Notes: generated by a model not told the origin, from the letters alone. Counted from the stretch's first letter, positions 1 to 9,789 are shown. The stretch: 53,159 bases of DNA from a virus (IMGVR_UViG_2711768002_000013); one strand, 5' to 3'. Numbers and translations are program-made.

Positions 1-1236
1 CTACGATAACCGCGCATTCAACATGGCTACCTGTTCGTCGTTCATGTCATCAATCCACATACCGTAAATTTCATACACCATCTGCGCAGTTTCATGCCCC
101 ATCTGGCTGGCTATAAACGCCGGGTTCGCTCCTGCCGTCAACAGCCAGCAGGCAAAAGTATGCCGCGTATGGTACGGATTACGGCGGCGAATACCAGCAC
201 GTTTTACTGCTGCATTCCATCTCGCACCCAAACTGCTTACCGAGTAATAAGGTTTCTGTTTTCCGTTACACACTCTGGGCATGAAAACAAAATGCAGTTT
301 TTGCTTTTCGGTTCTGCCGTACTCCCGATGATAAAAAGTGATTTCGCTTTTGCGATGATGCCCGGTCAGTTTGTATTGCTCCTTCAGTGCTTCAAGAGCA
401 GGCTGCAGTAGTGTTACCGTCCGGATCCCCGCATTTGTTTTTGGGGGACCGAACATATCCAGTATCGTCAGGTTTCTTCTGACATTCACAACTCCCTTCT
501 CGAAATCCACATCCTCCCACGCCAGAGCAGCCAGTTCCCCGTGACGAAGCCCGGAGTATACGGCAAATTTCCACAAGTTCTGGCTCTGTCCTTTTTCACT
601 TTCCATTAATGCATTGAATTCTGTTTTAGATAACGGGTCAGGCTTTATTCTGTTTCTCTGTAATTTCTTTACTCCTTCAAATGGTTTGGTTGATATAAAT
701 CCCGACTGATACGCAAAACGTAACAACGAACAGAGCAGGGCGATATAGTTATCAACTGTGCGCACGGTTCTTCCTTTTTTGTTGGATCTTGGATTATCCA
801 GGTAAAGCGTTTCTCCATGCAGCAGTTCATTCCGGTAGTTTAAGATATCGCTATAACGAATATGCGATATCGGAGTACTCTCACAAATTATTATCCTGAG
901 TGTTTTTAATTGTGATTTCGTTTTCTTCATTGTGTTTGTTGTTAACTCTGTTTCTTTAATTTTTGTCCAGATATCACAAAGCTCCCCGAACGTTTTTATG
1001 ACCCTCGTTGTCACCATTTTTGCCCCAGTGCTGGACTGGGGAAAACGTCTTAAATACTCAAACTCACCGGAATTGATTTCATGAACTATCAACGCTCTTA
1101 AATTCCCGGCTTTTTTAATGTTACTGTTAGTAACCTCCCAGCCTTTCAATGTTTCCCGACATCGTTTTCCTCGAAACATGAACCAGATGCGAATGTATTT
1201 ACCTCGAATCTCGACACCTGTTGGTAATTTAGACAT
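1..1236 (-). CDS. intR: Tyrosine integrase, Rac IntR-like
   Basis: 411-aa ORF; C-terminal tyrosine-recombinase catalytic region (..NPYHTRHTFA.., ..GHETAQMVYEIY..); size and N-terminus match what I recall of Rac IntR; xis-like gene immediately upstream on the same strand. Confidence 0.85.
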   Translation of the reverse strand: MSKLPTGVEIRGKYIRIWFMFRGKRCRETLKGWEVTNSNIKKAGNLRALIVHEINSGEFEYLRRFPQSSTGAKMVTTRVIKTFGELCDIWTKIKETELTTNTMKKTKSQLKTLRIIICESTPISHIRYSDILNYRNELLHGETLYLDNPRSNKKGRTVRTVDNYIALLCSLLRFAYQSGFISTKPFEGVKKLQRNRIKPDPLSKTEFNALMESEKGQSQNLWKFAVYSGLRHGELAALAWEDVDFEKGVVNVRRNLTILDMFGPPKTNAGIRTVTLLQPALEALKEQYKLTGHHRKSEITFYHREYGRTEKQKLHFVFMPRVCNGKQKPYYSVSSLGARWNAAVKRAGIRRRNPYHTRHTFACWLLTAGANPAFIASQMGHETAQMVYEIYGMWIDDMNDEQVAMLNARLS

Positions 1237-1237
1237 A

Positions 1238-1453
1238 TCATGAGTCTTTGATAAACTGATTTATCTTTGGATAGTTATACCAGATAATCCCTCGCTTACT
1301 GTCTGGCTTCCCTAAAGGAGATACTCGTTTGAAGTGGAAGCCTTCCACCCAACAGTTCTGGCGGTATGCTTCAATTTGTCTGGCCCCCAGACCAGTGCGA
1401 AGCATCAGGCCGTATTCAACCATCCACTCTTCATTAAAGATTACTTGTGCCAT
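1238..1453 (-). CDS. xisR: Excisionase-like protein (71 aa from internal Met MAQVIF)
   Basis: Small ORF directly upstream of int on the same strand; position and size typical of Xis; the listed 79-aa ORF is an upstream extension. Confidence 0.6.
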   Translation of the reverse strand: MAQVIFNEEWMVEYGLMLRTGLGARQIEAYRQNCWVEGFHFKRVSPLGKPDSKRGIIWYNYPKINQFIKDS

Positions 1454-1552
1454 CGCATCACCTCTGGCAGGCGCCAATGTTAGACTTAAATTGACGCCCG
1501 ATGTTGATTATTAATAATCAGCTATGAAGTTTTAATTTGAATACAATGCAAT

Positions 1553-1741
1553 TCACGAGGACTGAAGTTTCTCGCAATTAAAATTTATCAGTTTTACTTT
1601 CTGCTCTCTGGAAACGCCTGCTTCTTTTTTACCTGAGAGCATTTTTTCGCATTCTGATTTCGTTAGTTTAGATTTTGAATATCTTGTCCAGTTAGTAGGA
1701 GTGCCACCTTCCTTTTCAATAGTGGCGGTAATTTTATACAT
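1553..1741 (-). CDS. ydaC: Small DUF1187-like protein, YdaC-like
   Basis: 62-aa ORF starting MYKITATIEKEG; its ATG overlaps the ancestral TAA of the ralR frame; the listed 86-aa ORF is an upstream in-frame extension. Confidence 0.5.
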   Translation of the reverse strand: MYKITATIEKEGGTPTNWTRYSKSKLTKSECEKMLSGKKEAGVSREQKVKLINFNCEKLQSS

Positions 1742-1928
1742 GAACACCTCCATTATTATTTCCAGTGGTTCGTTTATTTCATCGTTCGAGTGCTTCTTTT
1801 TCACTTCCACCATAACCGGTTCGGGATTCGCATCCGTTACACTTCGCTCGGTAATATCCTGAAATGGCTTTCACCGTTACTGATGGACAACCACAAAATG
1901 GACATGGTTTAACATTGTCATATCTCAT
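1734..1928 (-). pseudogene. ralR: ralR-like restriction-alleviation / type I toxin gene with premature TGA
   Basis: Manual translation from ATG 1928: MRYDNVKPCPFCGCPSVTVKAISGYYRAKCNGCESRTGYGGSEKEALER then TGA at 1779..1781; frame stays open for 14 more codons (NKRTTGNNNGGVHV) to TAA 1734..1736 overlapping the ydaC start; intact length would be 64 aa. Confidence 0.5.
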
Positions 1929-1983
1929 AATTTTTCTCATAAAAATATTTCAAGTTGGCGGTGCATTACACCGCCAGGCTGAA

Positions 1984-2793
1984 TTATTCCTCTGAATTAT
2001 CGATTACACTGTATTCCCCGGTTAATACAGAGGAATCTGCAGGATCGATTGTCAGTGGTTCCTTTTCATCCATTGATACTGCACGCTGGATCTCAATTGA
2101 TACGGGCAGATATTTGAACAGGCGACGAATAGCCGTTTTCTTTGCCATTTCTTCCCAGTGAGTTACCCACGGCCCGTTATTACCAGCTTTACTCTGGCTG
2201 CGCACCAGCTCAATCTGTTTGCGCGTCATAACTTCAAACTGAGTACCTCCGTCTTTCAGTCTTGCGACAGCATAGACGTGGGTAACAGGGGCATCTTCGT
2301 TTTCTCCTGGGCGGTGTATTAACTTTTCATCAAGGCCAAATTCGAAATTAAACTCGTCACCTTCACGGACAACACGGGCTGACAGGCTGGCGATTTGACC
2401 TGAACGGCGAGCCAGATCAATCATGCCGCGATAGCCAATGATTAGCTGAACGTTTTTTTTACCGCTCTTTTCGTTTTTATTACCAAAAGGCAGTAAATAT
2501 GCATGACCGAGGGCGCTACCGGGCTCAAGTCCGAGCTGTGAACACTGTACGATTGCACTGACAAAACTCATAGTGTCACAGTTTCCTAACGCCGGAACTT
2601 TACGAATTTCTGTGGTGGCGATACGGATCATACGTTCAGCCGTCATATGGCGTGGAAGAGCTGCTGCCAGTTGCTCTTTCATTGATGGCTGGTTAATAAA
2701 ACTAATCACGTCGTTATTTTTAATTGCTGCTGGTGCACGGTTTCCCTGAGTTTTTTGCAGATCGGCTTTTGCGATTGGTGGTTGCTTAGTCAT
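1984..2793 (-). CDS. recT: Recombinase RecT (single-strand annealing protein)
   Basis: 269 aa from internal Met [13 protein letters not shown]; matches the RecT sequence I recall; start overlaps the recE stop by 8 nt. Confidence 0.9.
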   Translation of the reverse strand: MTKQPPIAKADLQKTQGNRAPAAIKNNDVISFINQPSMKEQLAAALPRHMTAERMIRIATTEIRKVPALGNCDTMSFVSAIVQCSQLGLEPGSALGHAYLLPFGNKNEKSGKKNVQLIIGYRGMIDLARRSGQIASLSARVVREGDEFNFEFGLDEKLIHRPGENEDAPVTHVYAVARLKDGGTQFEVMTRKQIELVRSQSKAGNNGPWVTHWEEMAKKTAIRRLFKYLPVSIEIQRAVSMDEKEPLTIDPADSSVLTGEYSVIDNSEE

Positions 2794-5386
2794 TTGCATA
2801 TTCCTTAGCCCAGCGGGGCAGTGATAACGTCTTAATAGCTGGCCATTCATCGGTATTGAGGCAGTCAGCCAGGGTTCGCAGATTGCGGTGATATTCCAGC
2901 TGACCTGCCAGTTTTGCTTCTTCGCCCATCATGAAAATTTCAACCGGATAACGTCCGCATTCAATAGTTGTGCTGGCAACCAGAAAAACGAAAGTTGGCT
3001 GCACTCCAAACTGTGCTTCATAACCGTCACTGTAGAATGCATCCTGAACGTGATAGCGGTAGTCGTAATAAGCGGTTTTGAATCGTTGAATATCCGCCGT
3101 AGTTTTCACGTCCATGATCCAGTGAAATTCAGGGATAATTTTGTCCGGACGGCACCGACACAAAATTGCTGTTTCAGGATCTTCCCAGTAAATTGATGAT
3201 TCAGCGTGTCCGGCGCTTTCAACAAGCCATTGCCCCAGCGGCAAAGCCATAACGCTCTGATACATGAGTTCAATTTTCCGGCCTTCTTCGGCAGTGATAA
3301 CCGTTTTTCCTGTGCTTGCGCATTCCCTCAGAAACGCTTTCTCTTCTTCTTTTCCGGAGTTTGTCCGGCGGTTAAATTCAGGTGCTACGATAAAGCGGTT
3401 ACTGAATTCTTCCGGCTCAAGTACCCGGCAGTGGAAAGCGGTTCCTAAATCGAGCGTTTTTGTCTTTGTGGTGTCCACGGGGGCATTTTTACGCCACAAA
3501 TACAGTGCCGGAGTATCAGCAATGTCATCGAGCTGAGACTTACTGACACCGGGACCCGCGTGGTAATTCTCATTCGAAATTCCGTAATAAATACCTGGCT
3601 CTATGTCTTCTACGATTACGGGATCTGCGACTTCGCCAGTTTCATCACTGCAATCGCGATGCGGATCGCTGCCAGCATTCTCATTGTGCGGATGTTCAGC
3701 GCCTTCCATTTCCTCCGGATCATTTTCCTTAGCTTCAACCTGACTCTCTTCATCGAATGTTTCCTGGTATGTTGCGTCGCCCATCACCGCACCACAGTCA
3801 GGGCAGTTATCCCCGCCAGTCTGGCCGCAGGCATTGCAGGCTATTTCCGGTTCCTGTTGCACTACTGGCTCAGGTTGATTCATATCCGGGCTGGTTTTTT
3901 CCGTTTCTGGCTGGTTCTGGTACACACAATCGCGAGTCTGGATCCCCTTTACCCATTTCGGATCGTTCGGGTCGCTAATTCCGTCAACAAATTCACCACG
4001 TGATGCAGCAAGCAATTTATCGGCATCGACAGGATTTTTTGATGGAATGTTTTTCCGGGCTTCATGGAGTTCTGCCCGCAGTTCCTGATATTTCGCATCA
4101 ACAGAATTTACCTGTGACTGAGCATCCAGCGGCTGCGTGTCCTGATGATGTTCAGTTGCGTCCGGTTCCATTGTTTCAGCCTCTCCCTGTTCAACTGCCG
4201 TTGTTCCAGATGGTTGCGGTTTTTCTTCATCATCCTGTTTTCCTTCTTCTGTTACTCGCTGCGGCATCGGGGCAGAGGAGCGACCGCAGGCAATATCCAC
4301 GATTTCCGGATCAGGGTTGGCATGATCGGTTTCAGTCAGTACTTTGTTCAGATATTCAGTGACGTGCGCGGGGATGACCTCGATCCCAATTGGTGCTTCT
4401 TTTACGGACGCAACCACGATGGCGCGGGAATAATCCAGCCCGCCAGGCATGGTGATGAATTTGTCGCGGAAAACAGAAAAGGGCGGTTTATTTTCAGCGA
4501 TAATTTCCTCAATGCGTTTAGCGTGTGCCGGATGAAGGTTATAGATGTCCAGATCCATTGAACGGGCCAGTACGCCAGTGGCTACGTCCCGCGCCAGTGA
4601 CGTCAGATCGTGTACGAAACCTTCGCCGCGATCGGTGAGGTTTCCGCCGCCAGCATTAGCACCGGAAGCCGTGCGAGTGATGTGTGAAACACGATTACCC
4701 TTCATCCACTCTTTTGTCAGCAGTCCTCGATCGGTGTAGTCAGCGTTCAGGTATGCTTCGAAAAAAGCAGTTATCAGTCCCAGGTTTGAATTACCAGGAT
4801 TAGGGAAAACTTTGTCAGTGTCACGAACCAGTTTGTGGAGTTCGCGAATTTCCAGCGGGTCGAGCAGGCTGGTTTTGTGGGAAACAGCCAGGGCAGTAAC
4901 AGCCGGTAGTTCTTCAGCCCGAGCAATGTGTAATGCCTGGAGTCCGTCGCGTGAAACGTGCGTTACCGGTTTTTCGCTGCCGTGTTGAGCAAGCCAACGA
5001 ATGGGCAGTTCCTGGCCAGAAATTGGGAGTAGCATATTCTCCTCAATCTCAGGCATGTCTTCGCCGTTGACGTTGGTATTGCCTTGATAGTGAGCGTTGT
5101 CTGGTGCTGCTCCCGGTTTTAGTTCCCATGTCATGGAGTCTTTGCTGAGTTGATAGCGTTCACTCCAGGTAAAATCGATCTCACCTTCAGCGGGCAGGTC
5201 ATTAACGACAGGAAAATTCGTGGCAACAGCTTTAAAATAGCTGCTCAGTTTTTTACCTGACTTAACGATCAGGTAGTCCAGAGTGGCACAGGTCGATTCA
5301 AAATCGTTGCTTGCCCACAGGACGACGTCAGGTTCACCGGATGATTTTTTCGCTTTCCGTAACAGGAAGAGTGGTTTTGTGCTCAT
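2786..5386 (-). CDS. recE: Exodeoxyribonuclease VIII RecE
   Basis: 866-aa ORF, same length as K-12 RecE; directly upstream of recT on the same strand. Confidence 0.9.
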   Translation of the reverse strand: MSTKPLFLLRKAKKSSGEPDVVLWASNDFESTCATLDYLIVKSGKKLSSYFKAVATNFPVVNDLPAEGEIDFTWSERYQLSKDSMTWELKPGAAPDNAHYQGNTNVNGEDMPEIEENMLLPISGQELPIRWLAQHGSEKPVTHVSRDGLQALHIARAEELPAVTALAVSHKTSLLDPLEIRELHKLVRDTDKVFPNPGNSNLGLITAFFEAYLNADYTDRGLLTKEWMKGNRVSHITRTASGANAGGGNLTDRGEGFVHDLTSLARDVATGVLARSMDLDIYNLHPAHAKRIEEIIAENKPPFSVFRDKFITMPGGLDYSRAIVVASVKEAPIGIEVIPAHVTEYLNKVLTETDHANPDPEIVDIACGRSSAPMPQRVTEEGKQDDEEKPQPSGTTAVEQGEAETMEPDATEHHQDTQPLDAQSQVNSVDAKYQELRAELHEARKNIPSKNPVDADKLLAASRGEFVDGISDPNDPKWVKGIQTRDCVYQNQPETEKTSPDMNQPEPVVQQEPEIACNACGQTGGDNCPDCGAVMGDATYQETFDEESQVEAKENDPEEMEGAEHPHNENAGSDPHRDCSDETGEVADPVIVEDIEPGIYYGISNENYHAGPGVSKSQLDDIADTPALYLWRKNAPVDTTKTKTLDLGTAFHCRVLEPEEFSNRFIVAPEFNRRTNSGKEEEKAFLRECASTGKTVITAEEGRKIELMYQSVMALPLGQWLVESAGHAESSIYWEDPETAILCRCRPDKIIPEFHWIMDVKTTADIQRFKTAYYDYRYHVQDAFYSDGYEAQFGVQPTFVFLVASTTIECGRYPVEIFMMGEEAKLAGQLEYHRNLRTLADCLNTDEWPAIKTLSLPRWAKEYAND

Positions 5387-5487
5387 TGTTTTTTAACCTC
5401 AACTCAGATTAAAATTCGTTTTGTTCAGTGAATGATCTTGCCGGATACACACTGTTCATAGCCTGCGCCATACGCAGGCTATTTCTT

Positions 5488-5763
5488 TCAGATTTCACCT
5501 TTTAATTTCATTGCAATTAGAGTTGCCAGAAATTCGGCTTTTTTTTCTGCGGGCAGATTCTTTCCGATATGCACCAGGCACATTTTTTTGACACCTTCAT
5601 CAAGTGTTTTTACGTTGCCTGATGGACCATCGATATCAACCACAGTGAATGGGGTTTCTTTATTTTCTGTTTTAATTACGTAGCCAATGCGCTTTCCTTC
5701 CAGATTCACCTCGTGAACAATGTCATCGGTAGTTACAACAGTGGCTTCATAATTGGTAATCAT
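5488..5763 (-). CDS. racC: RacC-like small protein (91 aa from internal Met MITNYEATVV)
   Basis: ORF position between recE and ydaE/kilR as in Rac; 91 aa from the internal start. Confidence 0.5.
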   Translation of the reverse strand: MITNYEATVVTTDDIVHEVNLEGKRIGYVIKTENKETPFTVVDIDGPSGNVKTLDEGVKKMCLVHIGKNLPAEKKAEFLATLIAMKLKGEI

Positions 5764-5837
5764 GTTTTTCTCCTTAATTAAGGTTGAGCGAATACCTGCC
5801 ATTTCTGGCATAAATTCAGTTTCGAATAGTCAATTAA

Positions 5838-6008
5838 TTAAAGTTCATGTGCCATCTGGTCTTTTTCGGCACAAGCTTCACTGCAATATTTTCTCGGTTC
5901 GTCTTTTGATAAAATCCCGTGCATGAAGTGAAGCATTCTTTCAATAGCTTTGCTTTCTTCAACGTCTTTTTTGCAAAGGTGGTAAGCACATTTTATTTTC
6001 TTAGTCAT
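5838..6008 (-). CDS. ydaE: YdaE-like Cys-rich small protein (56 aa)
   Basis: Not in the ORF track (below 60 aa); manual translation [56 protein letters not shown]; ATG overlaps the kilR stop (TGATG). Confidence 0.5.
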   Translation of the reverse strand: MTKKIKCAYHLCKKDVEESKAIERMLHFMHGILSKDEPRKYCSEACAEKDQMAHEL

Positions 6009-6229
6009 CACCATGACTCCGCCTTTACAGGTAAACCATCACGACCGAGGAAGACTTTAATCATGCGGTCAGTAATGCATGTTTTTGTGGTCAGGTTACG
6101 AATATATAGTTTTCGCTTTTTAATATTGTTTGCCGAGGCAATATATGTCCGGCCTTCATGAAGAACATAATCGCCAGGAGTCACACACTGACGTGGTATT
6201 TCATCAGTTCCGAAGTGATGTGCAATCAT
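6008..6229 (-). CDS. kilR: KilR, FtsZ-inhibiting killing protein
   Basis: 73 aa from internal Met [38 protein letters not shown]; matches the KilR sequence and length I recall. Confidence 0.75.
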   Translation of the reverse strand: MIAHHFGTDEIPRQCVTPGDYVLHEGRTYIASANNIKKRKLYIRNLTTKTCITDRMIKVFLGRDGLPVKAESW

Positions 6230-6670
6230 AATTATCTCCATTTTTACAAATGAACTTTGTTGATGCGGTGCCTGGTGCCTCCAGGTGACTGCAACCAGTT
6301 AACAATTACAGTCGGCTTTCCCACCCAAACCAATAAGGACTAACATGACTTTTAACTGTGCCACGTGCGCTTAGCCGCATTCACCGCATCACAAAATTCA
6401 CTTTAAAAAGGGCGGACATCAGCCGAACTTCAAGAAAAAAACTGATGCCGCCAGGACTACACACAGCAATGTCGTTATTTACAACCGGAGGCGCACTCCC
6501 ACCATTTAAATTTAACAGACAAGACCGACTCTTTATGGATATCGGAAATGCGCCTTCGTGTTGTGCCCGGTTTTATTTCACCACCTCCGGGCTTCGGTGG
6601 TCTCGGCTATACCCCTACAGCGAGAGCTTGTGTTAACATTTCAATACCCTTACAGTTGAGAGTTATTGAT

Positions 6671-7159
6671 ATGTTGGATGTATTTACTCCATTGTTGAAA
6701 CTTTTTGCTAACGAGCCACTCGAAATACTTATGTATACGATTATCATTTTTGGTCTCACTCTCTGGCTGATACCGAAAGAGTTTACTGTCGCATTCAATG
6801 CTTATACTGAAATACCTTGGCTCTTTCAGATTATCGTTTTTGCCTTTTCTTTCGTGGTCGCCATTTCCTTCTCAAGATTGCGAGCACATATTCAAAAGCA
6901 TTATTCATTACTACCAGAGCAACGAGTATTGCTTCGTTTATCTGAGAAAGAAATCGCTGTATTTAAAGATTTCCTTAAAACAGGAAATCTTATTATCACT
7001 TCTCCTTGCCGTAACCCGGTTATGAAAAAATTAGAACGGAAGGGCATCATTCAACATCAGAGTGATAGCGCAAACTGTTCTTATTATCTCGTCACCGAAA
7101 AATACTCCCATTTTATGAAGTTATTCTGGAACAGCAGGAGTAGACGTTTTAATCGTTAG
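6671..7159 (+). CDS. sieB: Superinfection exclusion protein B
   Basis: 162 aa from MLDVFTPLLKLFANEPLE with hydrophobic segments; GAGAG Shine-Dalgarno upstream of ATG 6671; the listed 203-aa ORF is an upstream extension. Confidence 0.75.
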   Translation: MLDVFTPLLKLFANEPLEILMYTIIIFGLTLWLIPKEFTVAFNAYTEIPWLFQIIVFAFSFVVAISFSRLRAHIQKHYSLLPEQRVLLRLSEKEIAVFKDFLKTGNLIITSPCRNPVMKKLERKGIIQHQSDSANCSYYLVTEKYSHFMKLFWNSRSRRFNR

Positions 7160-7311
7160 CTTACTGTGTGCTTCTCCAACCATCGGCGCGCACCAGTTTC
7201 GGTTTTAAATGTTTTGCTTTTGGTATACGTCATGGCAGTGAACGTTCCATCCTGGTTGGGGAACACGCCGCACACCAGGGATTCGTTGTTGCCGAGGTCG
7301 ATTTTTTGCAT
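7156..7311 (-). CDS. ydaF: YdaF-like small protein (51 aa)
   Basis: Not in the ORF track; manual translation MQKIDLGNNESLVCGVFPNQDGTFTAMTYTKSKTFKTETGARRWLEKHTVS; stop overlaps the 3' end of sieB. Confidence 0.5.
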   Translation of the reverse strand: MQKIDLGNNESLVCGVFPNQDGTFTAMTYTKSKTFKTETGARRWLEKHTVS

Positions 7312-7321
7312 TTTGCGAATC

Positions 7322-7456
7322 TCACATCTTGTTGCTGTGTATAGCGACTTCTGCCTGCCAGAGATCCCAGTCGTTGCTGCGTAAAGCCTGCACAGCCTGG
7401 TTGTAAGTGATACCGCAACAATCCATCAAATACTGAACTACTTCGTAATGCACCAT
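7322..7456 (-). CDS. ydaG: YdaG-like small protein (44 aa)
   Basis: Internal Met of the listed 60-aa ORF gives MVHYEVVQYLMDCCGITYNQAVQALRSNDWDLWQAEVAIHSNKM. Confidence 0.5.
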   Translation of the reverse strand: MVHYEVVQYLMDCCGITYNQAVQALRSNDWDLWQAEVAIHSNKM

Positions 7457-7624
7457 CTTATCTCTCCCCTTAACGCCGGGTGGCGGAACTGAAACCTGCT
7501 GCACTGCAAAATCTGAACCCTGCCGTCATGTTCATACGCCTCGGGCTGGCTACTTAACCCCTGACCACTGCCTGGTAACTCGAAGTATTGCCCTGCGTTC
7601 TGTGGGGCGGGGTGGGTTGGTAGG

Positions 7625-7680
7625 TATATAATGTACTTTGTGTTCATTGATGTAAAGTACTATAAGTACATTTTGTGTGT
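7625..7680. promoter_or_regulatory. Leftward operator/promoter region (OL-like) downstream of the repressor gene
   Basis: ATGTACTT at 7631..7638 and its inverted copy AAGTACAT at 7664..7671, AGTACT palindrome at 7656..7661, adjacent TATATA; the same ATGTACT motif recurs on the other side of the repressor gene. Confidence 0.4.
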
Positions 7681-7746
7681 AAAAAAATGAGATGGGATAA
7701 AGTGAAGCACAAACCCGGAGGGGGACGCTACCGGATTTATGCTGGT

Positions 7747-8184
7747 TTAAGAGGCTTTTTGTTTTTTCTTTCGTGCTAGCTCTTCGTAAATTGCATTGTA
7801 CTTCTGTTTTTTCTCCTCAAGAGTTTTTAAAAGTTCATCTGTCTCACTGTCAGGGAGCTCGTCCAGAAGGTCAATGATGATTTTTTGTCTTGGATTTAAC
7901 TCCTGATAGAAACGTACCTGTCCACTTTCTTCTGTATCCTCTCCCAAAAGATAGGTTGGTGTTGTTCCAATGAGTGTTGCTAATTCCCTTAATTTCTCTC
8001 GGCGAGGAATTGTTTCGCCATTAAACCATTTGCTAACCGCTTTTGGTGTTAATTTCATTCGACGGGCAATTTCTGCCTGCCTTCCATGTTGTTCATAACC
8101 AGCGTTTTCACAGGCTAGCGCAAGCCTACTGGCGAACTCTTTACGCGCTTTATCTTCATGAACCATAAGTTCAATGATATTCAC
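7747..8184 (-). CDS. Prophage repressor, XRE-family HTH, no peptidase domain (RacR-like)
   Basis: HTH segment GRQAEIARRMKLTPKAVSKWFNGETIP; divergent from a cro-like gene; no S24 autocleavage domain; start uncertain (GTG 8184 or ATG 8166). Confidence 0.75.
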   Translation of the reverse strand: MNIIELMVHEDKARKEFASRLALACENAGYEQHGRQAEIARRMKLTPKAVSKWFNGETIPRREKLRELATLIGTTPTYLLGEDTEESGQVRFYQELNPRQKIIIDLLDELPDSETDELLKTLEEKKQKYNAIYEELARKKKQKAS

Positions 8185-8245
8185 TCTTGAATGTACTGTC
8201 AGTTCTGTTATAGCATGTACTCAAAGTTCACATTGTGAGGGTGAT
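8178..8245. promoter_or_regulatory. Divergent promoter/operator region between repressor and cro-like gene (OR-like)
   Basis: ATTCA-CTCT-TGAAT inverted repeat at 8178..8191; direct ATGTACT repeats at 8191..8197 and 8215..8221; near-palindrome TCACATTGTGA before the ydaS Shine-Dalgarno. Confidence 0.45.
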
Positions 8246-8500
8246 ATGAACCAGAAAACACTTGAAGATGTAATCAAAACTGTTCGCGTTTCTGTTGTGG
8301 CCGACGTTTGTGGTGTCAGCCAAAGAGCAATCTACAAATGGATGGATAACGGAAAATTGCCTCGCACAGAATATACCGGCGAAACAAATTACGCTGAAAA
8401 AATCGCTCATGCATCAAACGGATTATTTTCTGCTGATGTAATTTTAACTATTGGCAGAAATAAAACTACTACGAAAAAGCTGATGGGAGTTGATTCATGA
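8246..8500 (+). CDS. ydaS: Cro-like HTH regulator
   Basis: 84 aa from MNQKTLEDVIKTVRVSVVADVCGVSQRAIYKWMDNGKLP (HTH); GAGGG Shine-Dalgarno before ATG 8246; divergent from the repressor gene. Confidence 0.7.
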   Translation: MNQKTLEDVIKTVRVSVVADVCGVSQRAIYKWMDNGKLPRTEYTGETNYAEKIAHASNGLFSADVILTIGRNKTTTKKLMGVDS

Positions 8501-8919
8501 AAATCAAGCATGAGCACATCGAGTCAGTGTTGTTAGCCCTGGCAGCCGAAAAAGGGCAGGCATGGGTAGCCAATGCCATTACTGAAGAATATCTGCGCCA
8601 GGGGGGCGGCGAATTGCCCCTGGTACCAGGCAAGGACTGGAATAATCAGCAGAATATCTATCACCGTTGGTTGAAAGGTGAAACGAAAACGCAAAGAGAA
8701 AAAATTCAGAAGCTGATCCCAGCAATTCTGGCAATCCTTCCGCGCGAGCTGCGTCACCGACTCTGCATCTTCGATACCCTGGAACGCCGTGCATTACTGG
8801 CGGCGCAGGAAGCGTTAAGTACGGCAATTGATGCGCATGATGATGCAGTCCAAGCCGTTTACCGGAAAGCGCATTTCAGCGGCGGCGGGTCTTCCGACGA
8901 TTCTGTCATTGTTCATTAA
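8497..8919 (+). CDS. ydaT: CII-like regulator / toxic protein YdaT
   Basis: 140-aa ORF overlapping the ydaS stop; size and position as Rac YdaT. Confidence 0.65.
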   Translation: MKIKHEHIESVLLALAAEKGQAWVANAITEEYLRQGGGELPLVPGKDWNNQQNIYHRWLKGETKTQREKIQKLIPAILAILPRELRHRLCIFDTLERRALLAAQEALSTAIDAHDDAVQAVYRKAHFSGGGSSDDSVIVH

Positions 8920-8931
8920 GCAAAAGTTTCC

Positions 8932-9789
8932 ATGCTGTTTGTGCTTATTCTAAGCCACCGGGCAGCATCATACGGGGCAATTATGGCCGCATTACCATAC
9001 ATGCAACTGTACATAGCTGATTACCTGGCTGACACCATGCATTTGTCAGCAGAGGAGCATGGTGCGTATTTGTTGCTGATGTTCAATTACTGGCAAACAG
9101 GAAAGCCAATACCTAAAAACAGGCTGGCAAAAATTGCCCGTCTGACTAACGAGCGATGGGCTGATGTTGAACCATCCTTGCAGGAGTTTTTTTGCGATAA
9201 CGGCGAGGAATGGGTGCATCTTCGGATTGAGGAAGATCTGGCATCAGTCAGGGAAAAATTAACCAAAAAATCAGCCGCAGGAAAAGCATCTGTTCAGGCC
9301 AGAAGAAGCAGAAAGGAAGCAGATGTTCAAACAAAACAAGAGAGAAATTTAACAGGTGTTCAAACAGATGTTGAAGTGGTGTTTGAACATGATGTCAACA
9401 CAAAGGCAACTAATAAAGATACAGATAAAGATCTAAAAACAGATCCCCCCCTAAATCCCCCCCGGGGGAATCGAGGTGTCAAAAAGTTTGACCCTCTGGA
9501 TATTGCTTTGCCGAACTGGATTTCTGTCTCGCTTTGGCGTGAGTGGGTTGAATTTCGCCAGGCATTGCGAAAACCGATTCGAACGGAGCAGGGCGCTAAC
9601 GGGGCGATACGGGAGCTGGAAAAATTCCGCCAGCAGGGTTTTTCACCTGAGCAGGTGATTCGACACAGCATCGCCAATGAATACCAGGGCTTGTTCGCGC
9701 CGAAAGGTGTTCGACCTGAGACGTTACTCCGACAGGTTAACACCGTCTCGTTACCGGATAGTGCGATCCCGCCAGGCTTCAGGGGGTAA
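8932..9789 (+). CDS. ydaU: Replication initiation protein (DUF1376 N-terminal domain), YdaU-like
   Basis: 285 aa; N-terminal YIADYLADTMHLSAEEHGAYLLLMFNYW motif region; contains an internal iteron cluster; followed by the dnaC-like gene; start could be the internal Met. Confidence 0.7.
   Translation: MLFVLILSHRAASYGAIMAALPYMQLYIADYLADTMHLSAEEHGAYLLLMFNYWQTGKPIPKNRLAKIARLTNERWADVEPSLQEFFCDNGEEWVHLRIEEDLASVREKLTKKSAAGKASVQARRSRKEADVQTKQERNLTGVQTDVEVVFEHDVNTKATNKDTDKDLKTDPPLNPPRGNRGVKKFDPLDIALPNWISVSLWREWVEFRQALRKPIRTEQGANGAIRELEKFRQQGFSPEQVIRHSIANEYQGLFAPKGVRPETLLRQVNTVSLPDSAIPPGFRG
9320..9401. repeat. Iteron-like repeat cluster, candidate replication origin inside ydaU
   Basis: TGTTCAAACA at 9324..9333 and 9358..9367 (direct) and 9380..9389 (inverted), with degenerate copies GATGTTGAAG and GATGTCAACA, followed by an AT-rich stretch at 9405..9440. 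Confidence 0.5.

Noticed and set aside
5458-5482. 10-bp-stem hairpin ATAGCCTGCG-CCATA-CGCAGGCTAT between racC and recE
   Set aside because: The U-tract is on the plus strand, where no upstream gene exists; probably an RNA stability or processing element of the leftward operon rather than a terminator.
6548-6670. N-terminal extension giving a 203-aa version of sieB
   Set aside because: The extension covers intergenic hairpin sequence; the internal Met at 6671 with its own Shine-Dalgarno gives the expected 162-aa protein.
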